DNA of 64,000 bases from Staphylococcus phage VB_SavM_JYL01. Below, in pieces: positions 20,097 through 28,981 of this stretch (positions within the stretch are counted from its first letter, which is position 1; each line of letters starts with the position of its first letter). The DNA is taken from sequence record MH159197.1; one strand, written 5' to 3'. Below the pieces are notes generated by a model that was not told where the DNA came from, ran no database searches, and saw only the letters and a list, made by a program, of their open reading frames with translations. The translations under genes and the position numbers were made by a program.

Positions 20097-20279
20097 ATGT
20101 TATTAGGAATTTTATGGTTTATATGGGGATTTGTATCTTATTTTGTAGTGATGTTTGGAATTGAATTTTGGAAAGACAGATGGTTACCAGGAGTTATTGG
20201 TGCAGGAGTTTTATTAATATTCTTATTTTGGATTATGAAGTCTATTCATAATGCTATGACAGTAGTTTACTTGTATTAG
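20097..20279 (+). CDS. small membrane protein (start MLLGILWF)
   Basis: An SD aagagga sits 10 nt before the second ATG. Confidence 0.5.
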   Translation: MLLGILWFIWGFVSYFVVMFGIEFWKDRWLPGVIGAGVLLIFLFWIMKSIHNAMTVVYLY

Positions 20280-20291
20280 GAGGTAATATAG

Positions 20292-20660
20292 ATGAATATA
20301 TTAGTTATCCATTATGAAGAAACAAATAAACGAGTTCTAAAAGAAACAATAAAAACAATACAAAATCATTTAAACGATGAACATGGTTTGGTTAAAATGA
20401 CAGCAACAAGACTTAGTAGAAAAGCCATAGAAGAAGAGTTTAATGATTACAATATAGTTATTGCAGAAAATGACCCTGATAGTTTTTACAGCTACTCAGA
20501 TGCAGTAGACGATGTAGATTTTGTTATAGATATACCAATTTCATATTTAGATATACATGCAGGTGTAGAGTGGGATGTTGATAATCCTGTAGATATGCTA
20601 GATAGGAACCCTGATTTTATAGAAGCTATGGGTCAATTAAACGAGGACTTAATGTTATAA
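20292..20660 (+). CDS. hypothetical protein
   Basis: 122-aa ORF with an SD attaggagg. Confidence 0.6.
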   Translation: MNILVIHYEETNKRVLKETIKTIQNHLNDEHGLVKMTATRLSRKAIEEEFNDYNIVIAENDPDSFYSYSDAVDDVDFVIDIPISYLDIHAGVEWDVDNPVDMLDRNPDFIEAMGQLNEDLML

Positions 20661-20672
20661 GGAGGAAATAAA

Positions 20673-21020
20673 ATGTTAAATGAAAAACTAAAAAATTTAG
20701 AAGATACGAAAGTGTATATGATTAATAGTATTGCAAGTTTACTAAGTGCAAGTACAGGTAAATCAAGTAAAGTATTTTTTGATGAAGGAACTATTAAAAT
20801 TGTAAGTGGTGATACAAAAGCGGTAGAAGTTATTGATAATTTAGTTCACCCTCATTCAGGACGTTTACCTATTAAAACAACAGAACGTATTGCTCTTGGT
20901 AGACTAACAGATTCTTTACAGTTTGTTATTTCAGAAATAGAGTCGGTTAAAGACCAAATTATAGATGAAGAAAATGAAGCTTACATTGATTTTGTAATGG
21001 AAGACTGGAATTGGGATTAA
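20673..21020 (+). CDS. hypothetical protein
   Basis: 115-aa ORF with an SD taaggagg. Confidence 0.6.
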   Translation: MLNEKLKNLEDTKVYMINSIASLLSASTGKSSKVFFDEGTIKIVSGDTKAVEVIDNLVHPHSGRLPIKTTERIALGRLTDSLQFVISEIESVKDQIIDEENEAYIDFVMEDWNWD

Positions 21021-21298
21021 TGCCTATGGACTTAATGACAATAGCTTCTGTTGCCTTTATAGCTGTCGTTATTATTGATTTAATTAATGATGATATGAGC
21101 TATATGTTAACTGGTACTGCAATATTAATAAACATTTGGGCAGGTTTTTATGGATGGTTCTTTTTACTACAAGCAGGTATGCTACTTTTCTTACTCTTAG
21201 CTAGAAAAGTTAAAGATGATAAGGAATCAATACTATACTCAGGTGCTTCGTTAATATGTGCATTAGGGATGATAATAAATCTTCTTATATTTTCTTAA
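21011..21298 (+). CDS. membrane protein (start uncertain, 21011 or 21026)
   Basis: 95-aa hydrophobic ORF. Confidence 0.5.
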   Translation: MGLMPMDLMTIASVAFIAVVIIDLINDDMSYMLTGTAILINIWAGFYGWFFLLQAGMLLFLLLARKVKDDKESILYSGASLICALGMIINLLIFS

Positions 21299-21307
21299 AA
21301 ATAAGTG

Positions 21308-21336
21308 TTGACACTTCTAAACTTTTGTATTATACT
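21308..21336 (+). promoter_or_regulatory. sigma-A-type promoter TTGACA-17-TATACT
   Basis: ttgacacttctaaacttttgtattatact. Confidence 0.55.
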
Positions 21337-21367
21337 ATAAGTATAACAAGTACAGGAGATGATTAAT

Positions 21368-21673
21368 ATGAGTAAAGAAACAATTAGAAGACAATTTTCA
21401 AACGCAATTGAGATTATGGCAACAACTAAGGAATGGTGGAATTTCCCTAAAAGCTTTAATACAAATAAAGAGTTTAAAATTAAAACTTTTAAAAATGACA
21501 CACTTGTATTTGAAGTTCGAGAAGGTAATAGAAACTTAGGAAGCTTTGTAGTTTTCACATGTATTGACTTTGATTATGATAAACTTGAAGGAACTTCAAC
21601 ACAGTATATGATTAATTACTTTGCTAAGAAATTAACTAAAGATATGTTTAACTATCATAAGTTACAACTATAG
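21368..21673 (+). CDS. hypothetical protein (start MSKETIRRQ)
   Basis: An SD caggag sits 9 nt before ATG 21368. Confidence 0.55.
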   Translation: MSKETIRRQFSNAIEIMATTKEWWNFPKSFNTNKEFKIKTFKNDTLVFEVREGNRNLGSFVVFTCIDFDYDKLEGTSTQYMINYFAKKLTKDMFNYHKLQL

Positions 21674-21687
21674 TAGGAGGTGGAAAG

Positions 21688-22038
21688 ATGAGAGAGGAAT
21701 TAAAACCTTTTAATAGAAAACAAGTTAATGTTAAAGGGTACTTAGATGATGTTAAGTACTCAAAGCGTAGAAGACATAAAGGTAATCAACATGGATGTGT
21801 AAAAATAACAGTTACTGACGTAAAGATTAATGGTATATCTATTGACCATGTTAATATTGAAGTTGGAATTTCTTTTTATGAAAAACTAAAAGAATTACAA
21901 GGAAAAAGAATTCAATTTGTAGGTACTGTCTACAAATACGTTAAACATGCTAGAGGTCATAAAGGTAGAATTAAAGGATTTTATAAAGAGGATTATAGTG
22001 TAACTTTGGATAAGAAGTTACAAAAGGAGGAAAAATAA
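21688..22038 (+). CDS. hypothetical basic protein
   Basis: 116-aa ORF with an SD taggaggtgg. Confidence 0.55.
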   Translation: MREELKPFNRKQVNVKGYLDDVKYSKRRRHKGNQHGCVKITVTDVKINGISIDHVNIEVGISFYEKLKELQGKRIQFVGTVYKYVKHARGHKGRIKGFYKEDYSVTLDKKLQKEEK

Positions 22039-22640
22039 TGATTAAAAGAAGAAAACATTTAGACCATACAGTACAACCTGAGAAAGGATGGAGAACAGTA
22101 CCTTTTAATGGTTACTATGAAGCCCACCCTTCAGGTTTAATTAGAAATAAAGTAACAAGAAAACTAATTAAAGGAACACAGACAAGGAAAAATCATCCTA
22201 AGTGGACTGCTCATGAGATTGTATATTTAATTAACCCTAAGAAAACAAGTTATTCACGAGGTGTTGTTATTGCACATACCTTTCCTGAAATGATTAGCCA
22301 ATCACGAGGAGACCTTAAGAACGGTCACGTATGTTTTAAAGATGGTGACAGAAGTAATTGTCATGTAAATAATATGTTTATTGGTAAAGGTAATGTTAAT
22401 AAGAATATCTACAAATTAAATGATTCCTATTTGACTAGAAAAGATATTGAAGAGGATATCAACAACTTAGTTAATGAGAGACTATTCTCTCAGTTAGAGT
22501 TACTTATTAAGAAAAATGAACCTGAAAGAATTACACCTAGCAATCACTTTATTAAAAGAGATAATAATGTATTCAGTATCACGGATTTATCTAAAAACTC
22601 TTTAGTAGAATTTGAATTAGAAATCAAAAATATTAAATAA
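22038..22640 (+). CDS. HNH homing-endonuclease-like protein
   Basis: An N-terminal GWRTVPFNGYYEAHPSGLIRN motif is followed by an HNH-like NGHVCFKDGDRSNCHVNN. The SD is aaaaggagg. Confidence 0.6.
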   Translation: MIKRRKHLDHTVQPEKGWRTVPFNGYYEAHPSGLIRNKVTRKLIKGTQTRKNHPKWTAHEIVYLINPKKTSYSRGVVIAHTFPEMISQSRGDLKNGHVCFKDGDRSNCHVNNMFIGKGNVNKNIYKLNDSYLTRKDIEEDINNLVNERLFSQLELLIKKNEPERITPSNHFIKRDNNVFSITDLSKNSLVEFELEIKNIK

Positions 22641-22653
22641 GGTGGCTATATAA

Positions 22654-22833
22654 ATGAATGAGTGGTATGCTTTATGTTACTATGATAAAGTAGGTAAAAA
22701 GAAAATACCTAGGCAAGTTAGAGCACACAGAGATATTTCAGTATTAGAAGAGCTAAAAGAAAGATTAGAAGAAAGAAATCCTAGTACAGAATACTCTATA
22801 AAAACAACAAAAGAATTTGATGAGGAGAGATAG
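22654..22833 (+). CDS. 59-aa hypothetical protein (below the track cutoff)
   Basis: An SD aaggtgg sits 9 nt before the ATG. The protein is MNEWYALCYYDKVGKK... Confidence 0.45.
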   Translation: MNEWYALCYYDKVGKKKIPRQVRAHRDISVLEELKERLEERNPSTEYSIKTTKEFDEER

Positions 22834-22907
22834 GGATGTTAACACCACAGCAAAAAGATTCATTAAAAAAGCAACAAAAGAAATTAAGTAAAAAGAAGAA
22901 ATAACTG

Positions 22908-22936
22908 TTGACAAATGAGTGTACATAGGTTATACT
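22908..22936 (+). promoter_or_regulatory. sigma-A-type promoter TTGACA-17-TATACT
   Basis: ttgacaaatgagtgtacataggttatact. Confidence 0.55.
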
Positions 22937-22967
22937 TAAGTTAACAAATAAAGAGGAGGTATGACCT

Positions 22968-23042
22968 ATGTTATTCATAATTTTTTTCTTAGCAGTATTC
23001 TTTGTATTAGGATTTATTAACGGATGGAACTCAGAAGACTAA
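22968..23042 (+). CDS. 24-aa hydrophobic micro-ORF MLFIIFFLAVFFVLGFINGWNSED
   Basis: A strong SD aagaggagg sits 7 nt upstream. The C-terminal WNSED resembles the WNSD of the 16970 micro-ORF. Confidence 0.35.
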   Translation: MLFIIFFLAVFFVLGFINGWNSED

Positions 23043-23049
23043 AAAAGGA

Positions 23050-23469
23050 GTGGTTATAGTGAAGTTAGAAGATAAAGTATTAGAAAGAATTGATTCTCTT
23101 GGAGGTAAGTTAGGTGATATTAGCCAACATGCTTGGGAAGCTTTAGTAAAGTATCAAATTATATATGGTATTATAGACCTTATAGTAGGTATTATAGTTA
23201 TAGCATTAACTGTATTTTTATGGAAGTTATTTATTAACCAACATAAAAAGGTAAATGATATAGATAGAGATGATGATTATAGTTTACTATTTGAAGATTG
23301 TGAAGATTTATCAGGTATAGGTTTGTTTTATGTAATAGCTACATCAATCATATCACTATTTGCATTTATATACTTAGTATATGGAATACCTATGGATATT
23401 ATAAAAATACTGAACCCTGAGGTATTTGCAGTAAAAGATTTAATCGAACAAGCTAAAGGAGGAAACTAA
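23050..23469 (+). CDS. membrane protein (GTG start, 23050 or 23059)
   Basis: About 136-139-aa ORF with an SD aaaggag and two TM helices. Confidence 0.55.
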   Translation: MVIVKLEDKVLERIDSLGGKLGDISQHAWEALVKYQIIYGIIDLIVGIIVIALTVFLWKLFINQHKKVNDIDRDDDYSLLFEDCEDLSGIGLFYVIATSIISLFAFIYLVYGIPMDIIKILNPEVFAVKDLIEQAKGGN

Positions 23470-23470
23470 A

Positions 23471-23764
23471 ATGAAACAAAGAGATTTTGAATTTGAGGAA
23501 GATTTTGTATTAACTTACGAGTGTGAGGATTGCAAACATTTTGAAGATTGGGGTCATGATGAAGAGCCTGAAGAATGTAGTGAATGTGGTAGTAGTGACT
23601 TAATTAACAATACAAGTCATGAAGACACTGAGTGTGACATGTGTAAAGGGTACATTGATATGTGGCAAGATGGATATAGATACATGGGAGATAATAAAGC
23701 ATACCTTGAAAAAGAAGATTCAGGTTTAATTTGTGAAGATTGTTATGAGAAATTAGATATTTAA
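23471..23764 (+). CDS. Cys-rich zinc-ribbon protein
   Basis: CEDCKHF...CSECGS...CDMCKG...CEDCYE motifs are present. The SD is aaaggagg. Confidence 0.6.
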   Translation: MKQRDFEFEEDFVLTYECEDCKHFEDWGHDEEPEECSECGSSDLINNTSHEDTECDMCKGYIDMWQDGYRYMGDNKAYLEKEDSGLICEDCYEKLDI

Positions 23765-23780
23765 TAAGGAGGAAATTAAA

Positions 23781-24068
23781 ATGAACAAAGCAGTAGAGCA
23801 AGCAAGTAGTGCATTAGGGCAAGGTTTTTCAGCTATGGTATGGCACCAGGTGTTAGTAGGTTTAGGATTTATTTTACTAGGGGTGTTATTATCTTTATTA
23901 GTTTGGGTACTAGTAAAAAAATTACAGGTACCATTTAACCATCCAACAGCTTTTGTAGTATACTCAATTATGTTAGTTAGTATTGTTGCTAGTTTTATTT
24001 GGGGTGGTTTACACGTAATTAACCCTGAGTATTATGCTATTTTAGAACTTAAAGGGTTTATAAAGTAG
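23781..24068 (+). CDS. membrane protein
   Basis: 95-aa ORF with two TM helices and an SD taaggagg. Confidence 0.55.
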   Translation: MNKAVEQASSALGQGFSAMVWHQVLVGLGFILLGVLLSLLVWVLVKKLQVPFNHPTAFVVYSIMLVSIVASFIWGGLHVINPEYYAILELKGFIK

Positions 24069-24078
24069 GAGGAATTCT

Positions 24079-24192
24079 ATGACTAAAGAAGAGTTAGAGC
24101 AAAGAGTAAAAGAACTTGAAGCAGAGAATAAAGAACTTAAAAAACAAATAGAACGTTTTGAAGACGAGGGAGGAAAAACAAAAGATGAATAG
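24079..24192 (+). CDS. 37-aa coiled-coil micro-ORF
   Basis: An SD taggagg sits 7 nt before the ATG. The protein is MTKEELEQRVKELEAENKELKKQIERFEDEGGKTKDE. Confidence 0.4.
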   Translation: MTKEELEQRVKELEAENKELKKQIERFEDEGGKTKDE

Positions 24193-24454
24193 TAGACAAA
24201 AGAAAATTCTAACATTAACAATAAATAATTTTTTAATGTTAGCCTTAGATACTGTAGCACTAATTAGATATAAAAAAGGTAAAATTAAACAAGAGAACTA
24301 TAATACAGGACAGATTACAAGAACAATAGTTACAACAGCTAACTCATTAGGTATTCTTTACTTAGAAGAACAAGAGCGTAAAGAAGTTAAAGATATTAAA
24401 ATAGGTACTTTTGAAACTGGAGACCTTAAAAGATTTATGAATACAAATAAATAA
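24158..24454 (+). CDS. hypothetical protein
   Basis: 98-aa ORF with an SD gagggagg. Confidence 0.5.
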   Translation: MKTREEKQKMNSRQKKILTLTINNFLMLALDTVALIRYKKGKIKQENYNTGQITRTIVTTANSLGILYLEEQERKEVKDIKIGTFETGDLKRFMNTNK

Positions 24455-24462
24455 AAAGTTTA

Positions 24463-24500
24463 AGAAACCTATTGACATTAGGTTTCTTTTATTATATACT
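24463..24500 (+). terminator. terminator hairpin with TTGACA in its loop; doubles as promoter TTGACA-16-TATACT
   Basis: agaaacc-tattgacatta-ggtttct followed by ttttattatatact. Confidence 0.6.
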
Positions 24501-24529
24501 AATATTATAAGAAATAAGGAGGTTAACTT

Positions 24530-24835
24530 ATGAAAGGTATTATTATATTTTACAAAGAAGAGACCAAAGAGGATTTAGGATATTTTCTTGGGTTTATAAA
24601 CTTTAAGCTAGAAGGATTATCTTACACAACTGAAGGTACTTTAGTAGATAATGATGTAGTAGTTTTAAAGGATAACCAAATTAATGAGGATAATTTAGAA
24701 CAGTTTAGTATGTCAAACAATAATTTAGTTATTGGAATACTAGGTCATTCATCTCTTTCAGTACGTATCTATGAAAAAGGTATTAGACAAGAAATTGAAA
24801 GAGTAGAAGAATATTTAGAGGAGTTGAGACAATAA
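24530..24835 (+). CDS. hypothetical protein
   Basis: 101-aa ORF with an SD taaggagg. Confidence 0.55.
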   Translation: MKGIIIFYKEETKEDLGYFLGFINFKLEGLSYTTEGTLVDNDVVVLKDNQINEDNLEQFSMSNNNLVIGILGHSSLSVRIYEKGIRQEIERVEEYLEELRQ

Positions 24836-25242
24836 TGTTAGCAATATTTGCATTAATTTTTGGTTTACTATTTATTTTATCTTTATTAGGTATTTTTATT
24901 TATTCTATATTTTTACGAAAGAAAAAACAATTAATAGAAGAAAGAGAATCATTTGGTATTTATAATAGAACGAAAGAAAAACTGGGTGATGTAACACGTT
25001 TAGGGTATGAGGAAGATGTATATAAGTTAATCCATAACCAATCTAATAAGACAATCATAGAGGATAAAAAGAGTAAAGTTGTAGATACAATTAAAAAGAT
25101 GTATGAATTAGAATTAACATCTGTAGATGTTTCTAAGGTAGAAGGATTATCTCCACTCGATACAGAACCTATGACAAATATGAAATTACTTTCATATAAG
25201 CTAGATAGAGAAGGATTATATAGTTTGAGTAAATTTATTTAG
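24835..25242 (+). CDS. membrane-anchored protein
   Basis: 135-aa ORF with an N-terminal TM helix. Confidence 0.55.
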   Translation: MLAIFALIFGLLFILSLLGIFIYSIFLRKKKQLIEERESFGIYNRTKEKLGDVTRLGYEEDVYKLIHNQSNKTIIEDKKSKVVDTIKKMYELELTSVDVSKVEGLSPLDTEPMTNMKLLSYKLDREGLYSLSKFI

Positions 25243-25252
25243 GAGTGATACA

Positions 25253-25489
25253 ATGGAATTTATAGATAAAAATAATGTGATTAAAGCTTACGATATACCA
25301 AATGTTTATTTAAAAGGTTATGTATTACAGGCATGTGATAAAAATGGAGATACAACAGCTTATGATGGTTATGACCAAATACACTATAAAAAAGGTAGAG
25401 TATTAACATTCCCTTTTGATAAACCATTAAGAAAGATAAATGTACTATCAGGATATTACAAACTATTTAAAAAGGAGGACATAATATGA
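25253..25489 (+). CDS. hypothetical protein
   Basis: 78-aa ORF with an SD taggagtga. Confidence 0.5.
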   Translation: MEFIDKNNVIKAYDIPNVYLKGYVLQACDKNGDTTAYDGYDQIHYKKGRVLTFPFDKPLRKINVLSGYYKLFKKEDII

Positions 25490-26013
25490 TTTATTTTGTT
25501 AGTGATTTACATTTTGGTCATGATAATATTAGAGAATTTGAAGCACCTACAAGAAGTCACTGGAACTCAGTAGAAGAGATGGATGAAGGTTTAATTGAGT
25601 TGTGGAATAATACAATTACAAATAACGATATTGTTTATAATATTGGAGACTTCTTTTTCAATATGAAACCGTCTAAAGTAGAAGATATACTTAATAGACT
25701 AAATTACAAAGAGATGATACTGATTGCAGGTAACCATGACCATAAGAAACTTATAAAACTATATGAACGTAATGGTATTACAGTAAAGTACGCAGATATG
25801 ATTAAAAAGGATGGTAAAAGATTTTATCTAAGCCATTACCCTACGCTAATAGGTAGAAAAAACATGTTTAATATTCATGGTCATATACATTCACAGTTAA
25901 TGGATACAGAGTATCACATTAATGTAGGTTATGATGTAGAGGGTAAGATTGCCTATAGTTTTGATGATATTATAAGTAGAGCAGGTGAATATAATGGAGA
26001 AATTCAAAGGTAA
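25486..26013 (+). CDS. calcineurin-like metallophosphatase
   Basis: Motifs SDLHFGHD, GDFF, AGNHD and GHIH are present. The SD is aaaaggagg. Confidence 0.75.
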   Translation: MIYFVSDLHFGHDNIREFEAPTRSHWNSVEEMDEGLIELWNNTITNNDIVYNIGDFFFNMKPSKVEDILNRLNYKEMILIAGNHDHKKLIKLYERNGITVKYADMIKKDGKRFYLSHYPTLIGRKNMFNIHGHIHSQLMDTEYHINVGYDVEGKIAYSFDDIISRAGEYNGEIQR

Positions 26014-26305
26014 AGATTTATATAAAACTAGAATTAGAAAGCAAACAATTAAAAATTTAGTTATAAAAACAGAGAAGCTACATAATAAACATGGAAAGTA
26101 TAGACCTATCGGTCATGTCTATTATTACCCGAAAACAAAAGAGTTTACTTTATCCAAACCTGAGCAGAAAATATTTATAGAGTACATGAAGGCATTAGGT
26201 TTTAGTGTTAAACACAAGAGACGTAAGAAAATAATTATAGTATACAAGAATGTGTCAGATGAATATCTTAGTATGTATCAGGAAGCAATTGAAAGTACGT
26301 GTTGA
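25985..26305 (+). CDS. hypothetical basic protein
   Basis: 106-aa ORF. Confidence 0.5.
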   Translation: MNIMEKFKGKDLYKTRIRKQTIKNLVIKTEKLHNKHGKYRPIGHVYYYPKTKEFTLSKPEQKIFIEYMKALGFSVKHKRRKKIIIVYKNVSDEYLSMYQEAIESTC

Positions 26306-26330
26306 CAATTAAGGTATACTATGTTATAGT
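26302..26330 (+). promoter_or_regulatory. sigma-A-type promoter TTGACA-17-TATAGT
   Basis: ttgacaattaaggtatactatgttatagt. Confidence 0.55.
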
Positions 26331-26350
26331 ATAGAAAAGGAGGTTAACTG

Positions 26351-26530
26351 ATGAAGCATTTTATTTTGATTTTAGGAATTGTAATTCTAGTTATTGCATT
26401 AGGTATTGTTTTACCTGCATGGATTTTACAATTAGTGTTATCTGCATTTGGTGTTAAAGTAAGTATTTGGGTATGTATCGGGATATTTATCTTAATCAGT
26501 GCAGTAGGAAGTATGTTTAGTAGAAATTAA
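26351..26530 (+). CDS. 59-aa membrane protein (below the track cutoff)
   Basis: An SD aaaggagg sits 8 nt before the ATG. The protein has two TM helices. Confidence 0.5.
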   Translation: MKHFILILGIVILVIALGIVLPAWILQLVLSAFGVKVSIWVCIGIFILISAVGSMFSRN

Positions 26531-26544
26531 AGGAGGAACTATAA

Positions 26545-26808
26545 ATGGCAAAATATGAATCAAATATCAACGGAGAAAATTATATTGCAACACCATCACA
26601 AGCTTTAAGAGAGGCACTAGCAGAATTAATTAAAGAAGAAAAGAACTTTGCAGATTACCAAACTAAGGGTGAGGAACAGTATGAATCACAGTTACAACTA
26701 AGACACTTCGATGCAATGATTTCTCAGTATGAAGAAGCTATTCGAGTATTAGAGGATAGATATTTATCTCAGATTTTTATTCCAAAAGATAATAAGGAGG
26801 AAAAGTAA
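26545..26808 (+). CDS. hypothetical protein
   Basis: 87-aa ORF with an SD aaaggagg. Confidence 0.55.
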   Translation: MAKYESNINGENYIATPSQALREALAELIKEEKNFADYQTKGEEQYESQLQLRHFDAMISQYEEAIRVLEDRYLSQIFIPKDNKEEK

Positions 26809-26810
26809 TT

Positions 26811-27128
26811 ATGAAAGCAGAGTCAATAGCACGATTTTTTCAGGATAAGGTATTACAAATAGAAGGGTATAAGGTAAGATTCACTCAAGCTAGTTCATCA
26901 TATATTTTAGATATAGATACTATGGATGAATCAGTATTGTTTTTAGATACTGTAGTTTTCACTCTATCAGGCAAGTACTTATTAGATACACATATTACGA
27001 TTAATAAACCTGAAACACTAAGCTCTAAGGAATTATACACAGAGATTGGTAATAAACTACAAGAGATTGTAGGAGACCAAACGAAAACAGATATCGAATT
27101 AACTCGATACTTTAAGGAGGTAAAATAA
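26811..27128 (+). CDS. hypothetical protein
   Basis: 105-aa ORF with an SD aaggagg. Confidence 0.55.
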   Translation: MKAESIARFFQDKVLQIEGYKVRFTQASSSYILDIDTMDESVLFLDTVVFTLSGKYLLDTHITINKPETLSSKELYTEIGNKLQEIVGDQTKTDIELTRYFKEVK

Positions 27129-27782
27129 ATGAAATCAGATGCTATTATAAATTCATTATTAAATATGAAACATATAAATATACAAAAACACAATATAAAA
27201 GTAACACTTGAGAAAGGTAGATATAAGGGTGTAGGGTATCTAATAGAGTTTGAAACCTCAATACAATACAGAAATAATTATAAATTACAATCTCCAATAA
27301 TTATATCTTACGAAAATGAAGAGCCTAAAGAAATCATTACTCAAATTAAAGATAAAGTATTGAAAATTGTAGAAGAGCAGATAAAGACAGATGATTTATT
27401 TATTGAAGCAATTGATGATATTAATAAGGAGACAGCTCTTAGAAAACTAAAGCCTTATATTAATGAAGAATACTACTCAGTGTTTAAATCATCTATTGAT
27501 AAGGGAGTACCTGTAGTTTTACCTTCTGAACTTTTAGATAGATGCACAGGAAAAACATCAACAATGGCTTATTTAGCTATAGAATATGATTTACCTCTTA
27601 TAGTATCAAACACAGTCATGGTTAGAGTGCTATTAAATGATTATCCGACTATTAAAGTTACATCGAAAAAAAGAGAAGGTTACAAAGACTCAATAGTGTT
27701 AATTGACGAGCCTGACTCTGAAATACTAAATCTTTACTTAGGTATGCCTGAGTGTGATATTATTGGTATTACGAAAAAATAA
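27129..27782 (+). CDS. hypothetical protein (degenerate P-loop-like CTGKTST / hhhhDEPD)
   Basis: 217-aa ORF with an SD aaggagg. Confidence 0.6.
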   Translation: MKSDAIINSLLNMKHINIQKHNIKVTLEKGRYKGVGYLIEFETSIQYRNNYKLQSPIIISYENEEPKEIITQIKDKVLKIVEEQIKTDDLFIEAIDDINKETALRKLKPYINEEYYSVFKSSIDKGVPVVLPSELLDRCTGKTSTMAYLAIEYDLPLIVSNTVMVRVLLNDYPTIKVTSKKREGYKDSIVLIDEPDSEILNLYLGMPECDIIGITKK

Positions 27783-27794
27783 ATAAATTTATAA

Positions 27795-27830
27795 ATACCT
27801 GTTGACAACAGGTATTTTTTATAGTATACT
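27795..27830 (+). terminator. terminator hairpin with embedded TTGACA; promoter TTGACA-17-TATACT
   Basis: atacctgtt-gac-aacaggtat followed by tttttt, then atagtatact. Confidence 0.6.
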
Positions 27831-27859
27831 TTAGATATAAAGAAAAAGGAGAGGTTAAC

Positions 27860-28063
27860 ATGAATAACAAACAAATTGAAAGATTACACAAGAAAGCAAA
27901 CGAGGTAGTAAGTAAATCAGAAGATATTGAAGATTTAGGTTATGTGCAGGCACATAAAATTATTAAAGGATATCTTGATTTACCAGTGTCTGATTTTGAA
28001 AAGAGAGATGTAATGACTGAATTACTATTAGCGTTAGATAAAGCTAATAAATCTATAGATTAA
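27860..28063 (+). CDS. hypothetical protein
   Basis: 67-aa ORF with an SD aaaaggagagg. Confidence 0.5.
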   Translation: MNNKQIERLHKKANEVVSKSEDIEDLGYVQAHKIIKGYLDLPVSDFEKRDVMTELLLALDKANKSID

Positions 28064-28078
28064 TAAGGGGGTAGTAAT

Positions 28079-28237
28079 ATGGTAGATATTATAATTTTAA
28101 TTGTCGGTTTAATATTATTTTTAGCTAGCGGATATAAATTAGTTTTAGGTAAATATTATGATAACACAGATTTAAAAATGTTATTTACAATCTTTGGTAT
28201 CGGTACTATACTATTACTTGTAGGATTTATATTATAA
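28079..28237 (+). CDS. 52-aa membrane protein (below the track cutoff)
   Basis: An SD taagggggt sits 7 nt before the ATG. The protein has two TM helices. Confidence 0.5.
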   Translation: MVDIIILIVGLILFLASGYKLVLGKYYDNTDLKMLFTIFGIGTILLLVGFIL

Positions 28238-28252
28238 AGGAGGAAATTATAA

Positions 28253-28477
28253 ATGAACTATAAAGAAGTACTAGAAGTTATTAAAAAGAATAAGCCATGT
28301 AAGGTTAGATTTACTGGAAGTATTTTAGCAATTGTTAATAAGGAATTTAACGCAGATACTGATAAAGGTGTGTTACAAATTGATGTATCAAATATTAATA
28401 AAAATGACTACATTAAGTTACAACAGTATTGTTTAGAAAGAGATGATTATACTGTAGCAGGAGCTATTTTATTTTAA
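28253..28477 (+). CDS. hypothetical protein
   Basis: 74-aa ORF with an SD aaggagg. Confidence 0.5.
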   Translation: MNYKEVLEVIKKNKPCKVRFTGSILAIVNKEFNADTDKGVLQIDVSNINKNDYIKLQQYCLERDDYTVAGAILF

Positions 28478-28489
28478 GGGGGAGTAATT

Positions 28490-28690
28490 ATGAATTATAG
28501 AGATTTTATTACGGATTGTATTAGCGGGGGTTATAACGTCCACATTAGTGTTACTGAGAAAAGAGTTCATATTATTTCAGAAATGACATCAGCATCTTAT
28601 CCGAAGAAAGAAATTAATTTGGATGAACTGCAAGCTTATGTTTATTATATGAATAATTTTGGAAGTCAGATTACAACGGAGGGATTATAA
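28490..28690 (+). CDS. hypothetical protein
   Basis: 66-aa ORF with an SD aagggggag. Confidence 0.5.
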   Translation: MNYRDFITDCISGGYNVHISVTEKRVHIISEMTSASYPKKEINLDELQAYVYYMNNFGSQITTEGL

Positions 28691-28981
28691 ATGGAATTAG
28701 TTATTAATATTATAGCAGTATTAATTGGTATGTACGGTATTTACTTTTATGTTACAAAATTTAGTACTGGTCTATCAGGTATTTTAATTGTACTAGGTAT
28801 GGCTGTAGGTCTTTACTTTTACTTAGATTACTTAAATGTTAGAGAGAATGTTATTCGATTAGTATCTGTAATGTTTGGTGCTTTCTTATTTAGTATCGAG
28901 ATGATTTATAATAAGATTATGTTCGAAATTAAAAAATCTAAGTATGATAAGACTGTTAGAACGTACAGAGGAGACCAATAA
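28691..28981 (+). CDS. membrane protein
   Basis: 96-aa ORF with three TM helices. Confidence 0.55.
   Translation: MELVINIIAVLIGMYGIYFYVTKFSTGLSGILIVLGMAVGLYFYLDYLNVRENVIRLVSVMFGAFLFSIEMIYNKIMFEIKKSKYDKTVRTYRGDQ

Noticed and set aside
1206-27193. Minus-strand ORFs of 60-102 aa inside the rightward gene array (1206..1394, 2272..2541, 2510..2722, 5389..5598, 7598..7786, 11138..11359, 11556..11768, 12093..12389, 14652..14918, 18693..18911, 19526..19732, 21295..21558, 22796..22978, 23604..23801, 24042..24260, 26885..27193)
   Set aside because: All lie antisense within or across well-supported plus-strand genes. They have no SD. Their Leu/Ile/Phe/Ser-rich composition is typical of random ORFs in AT-rich DNA.
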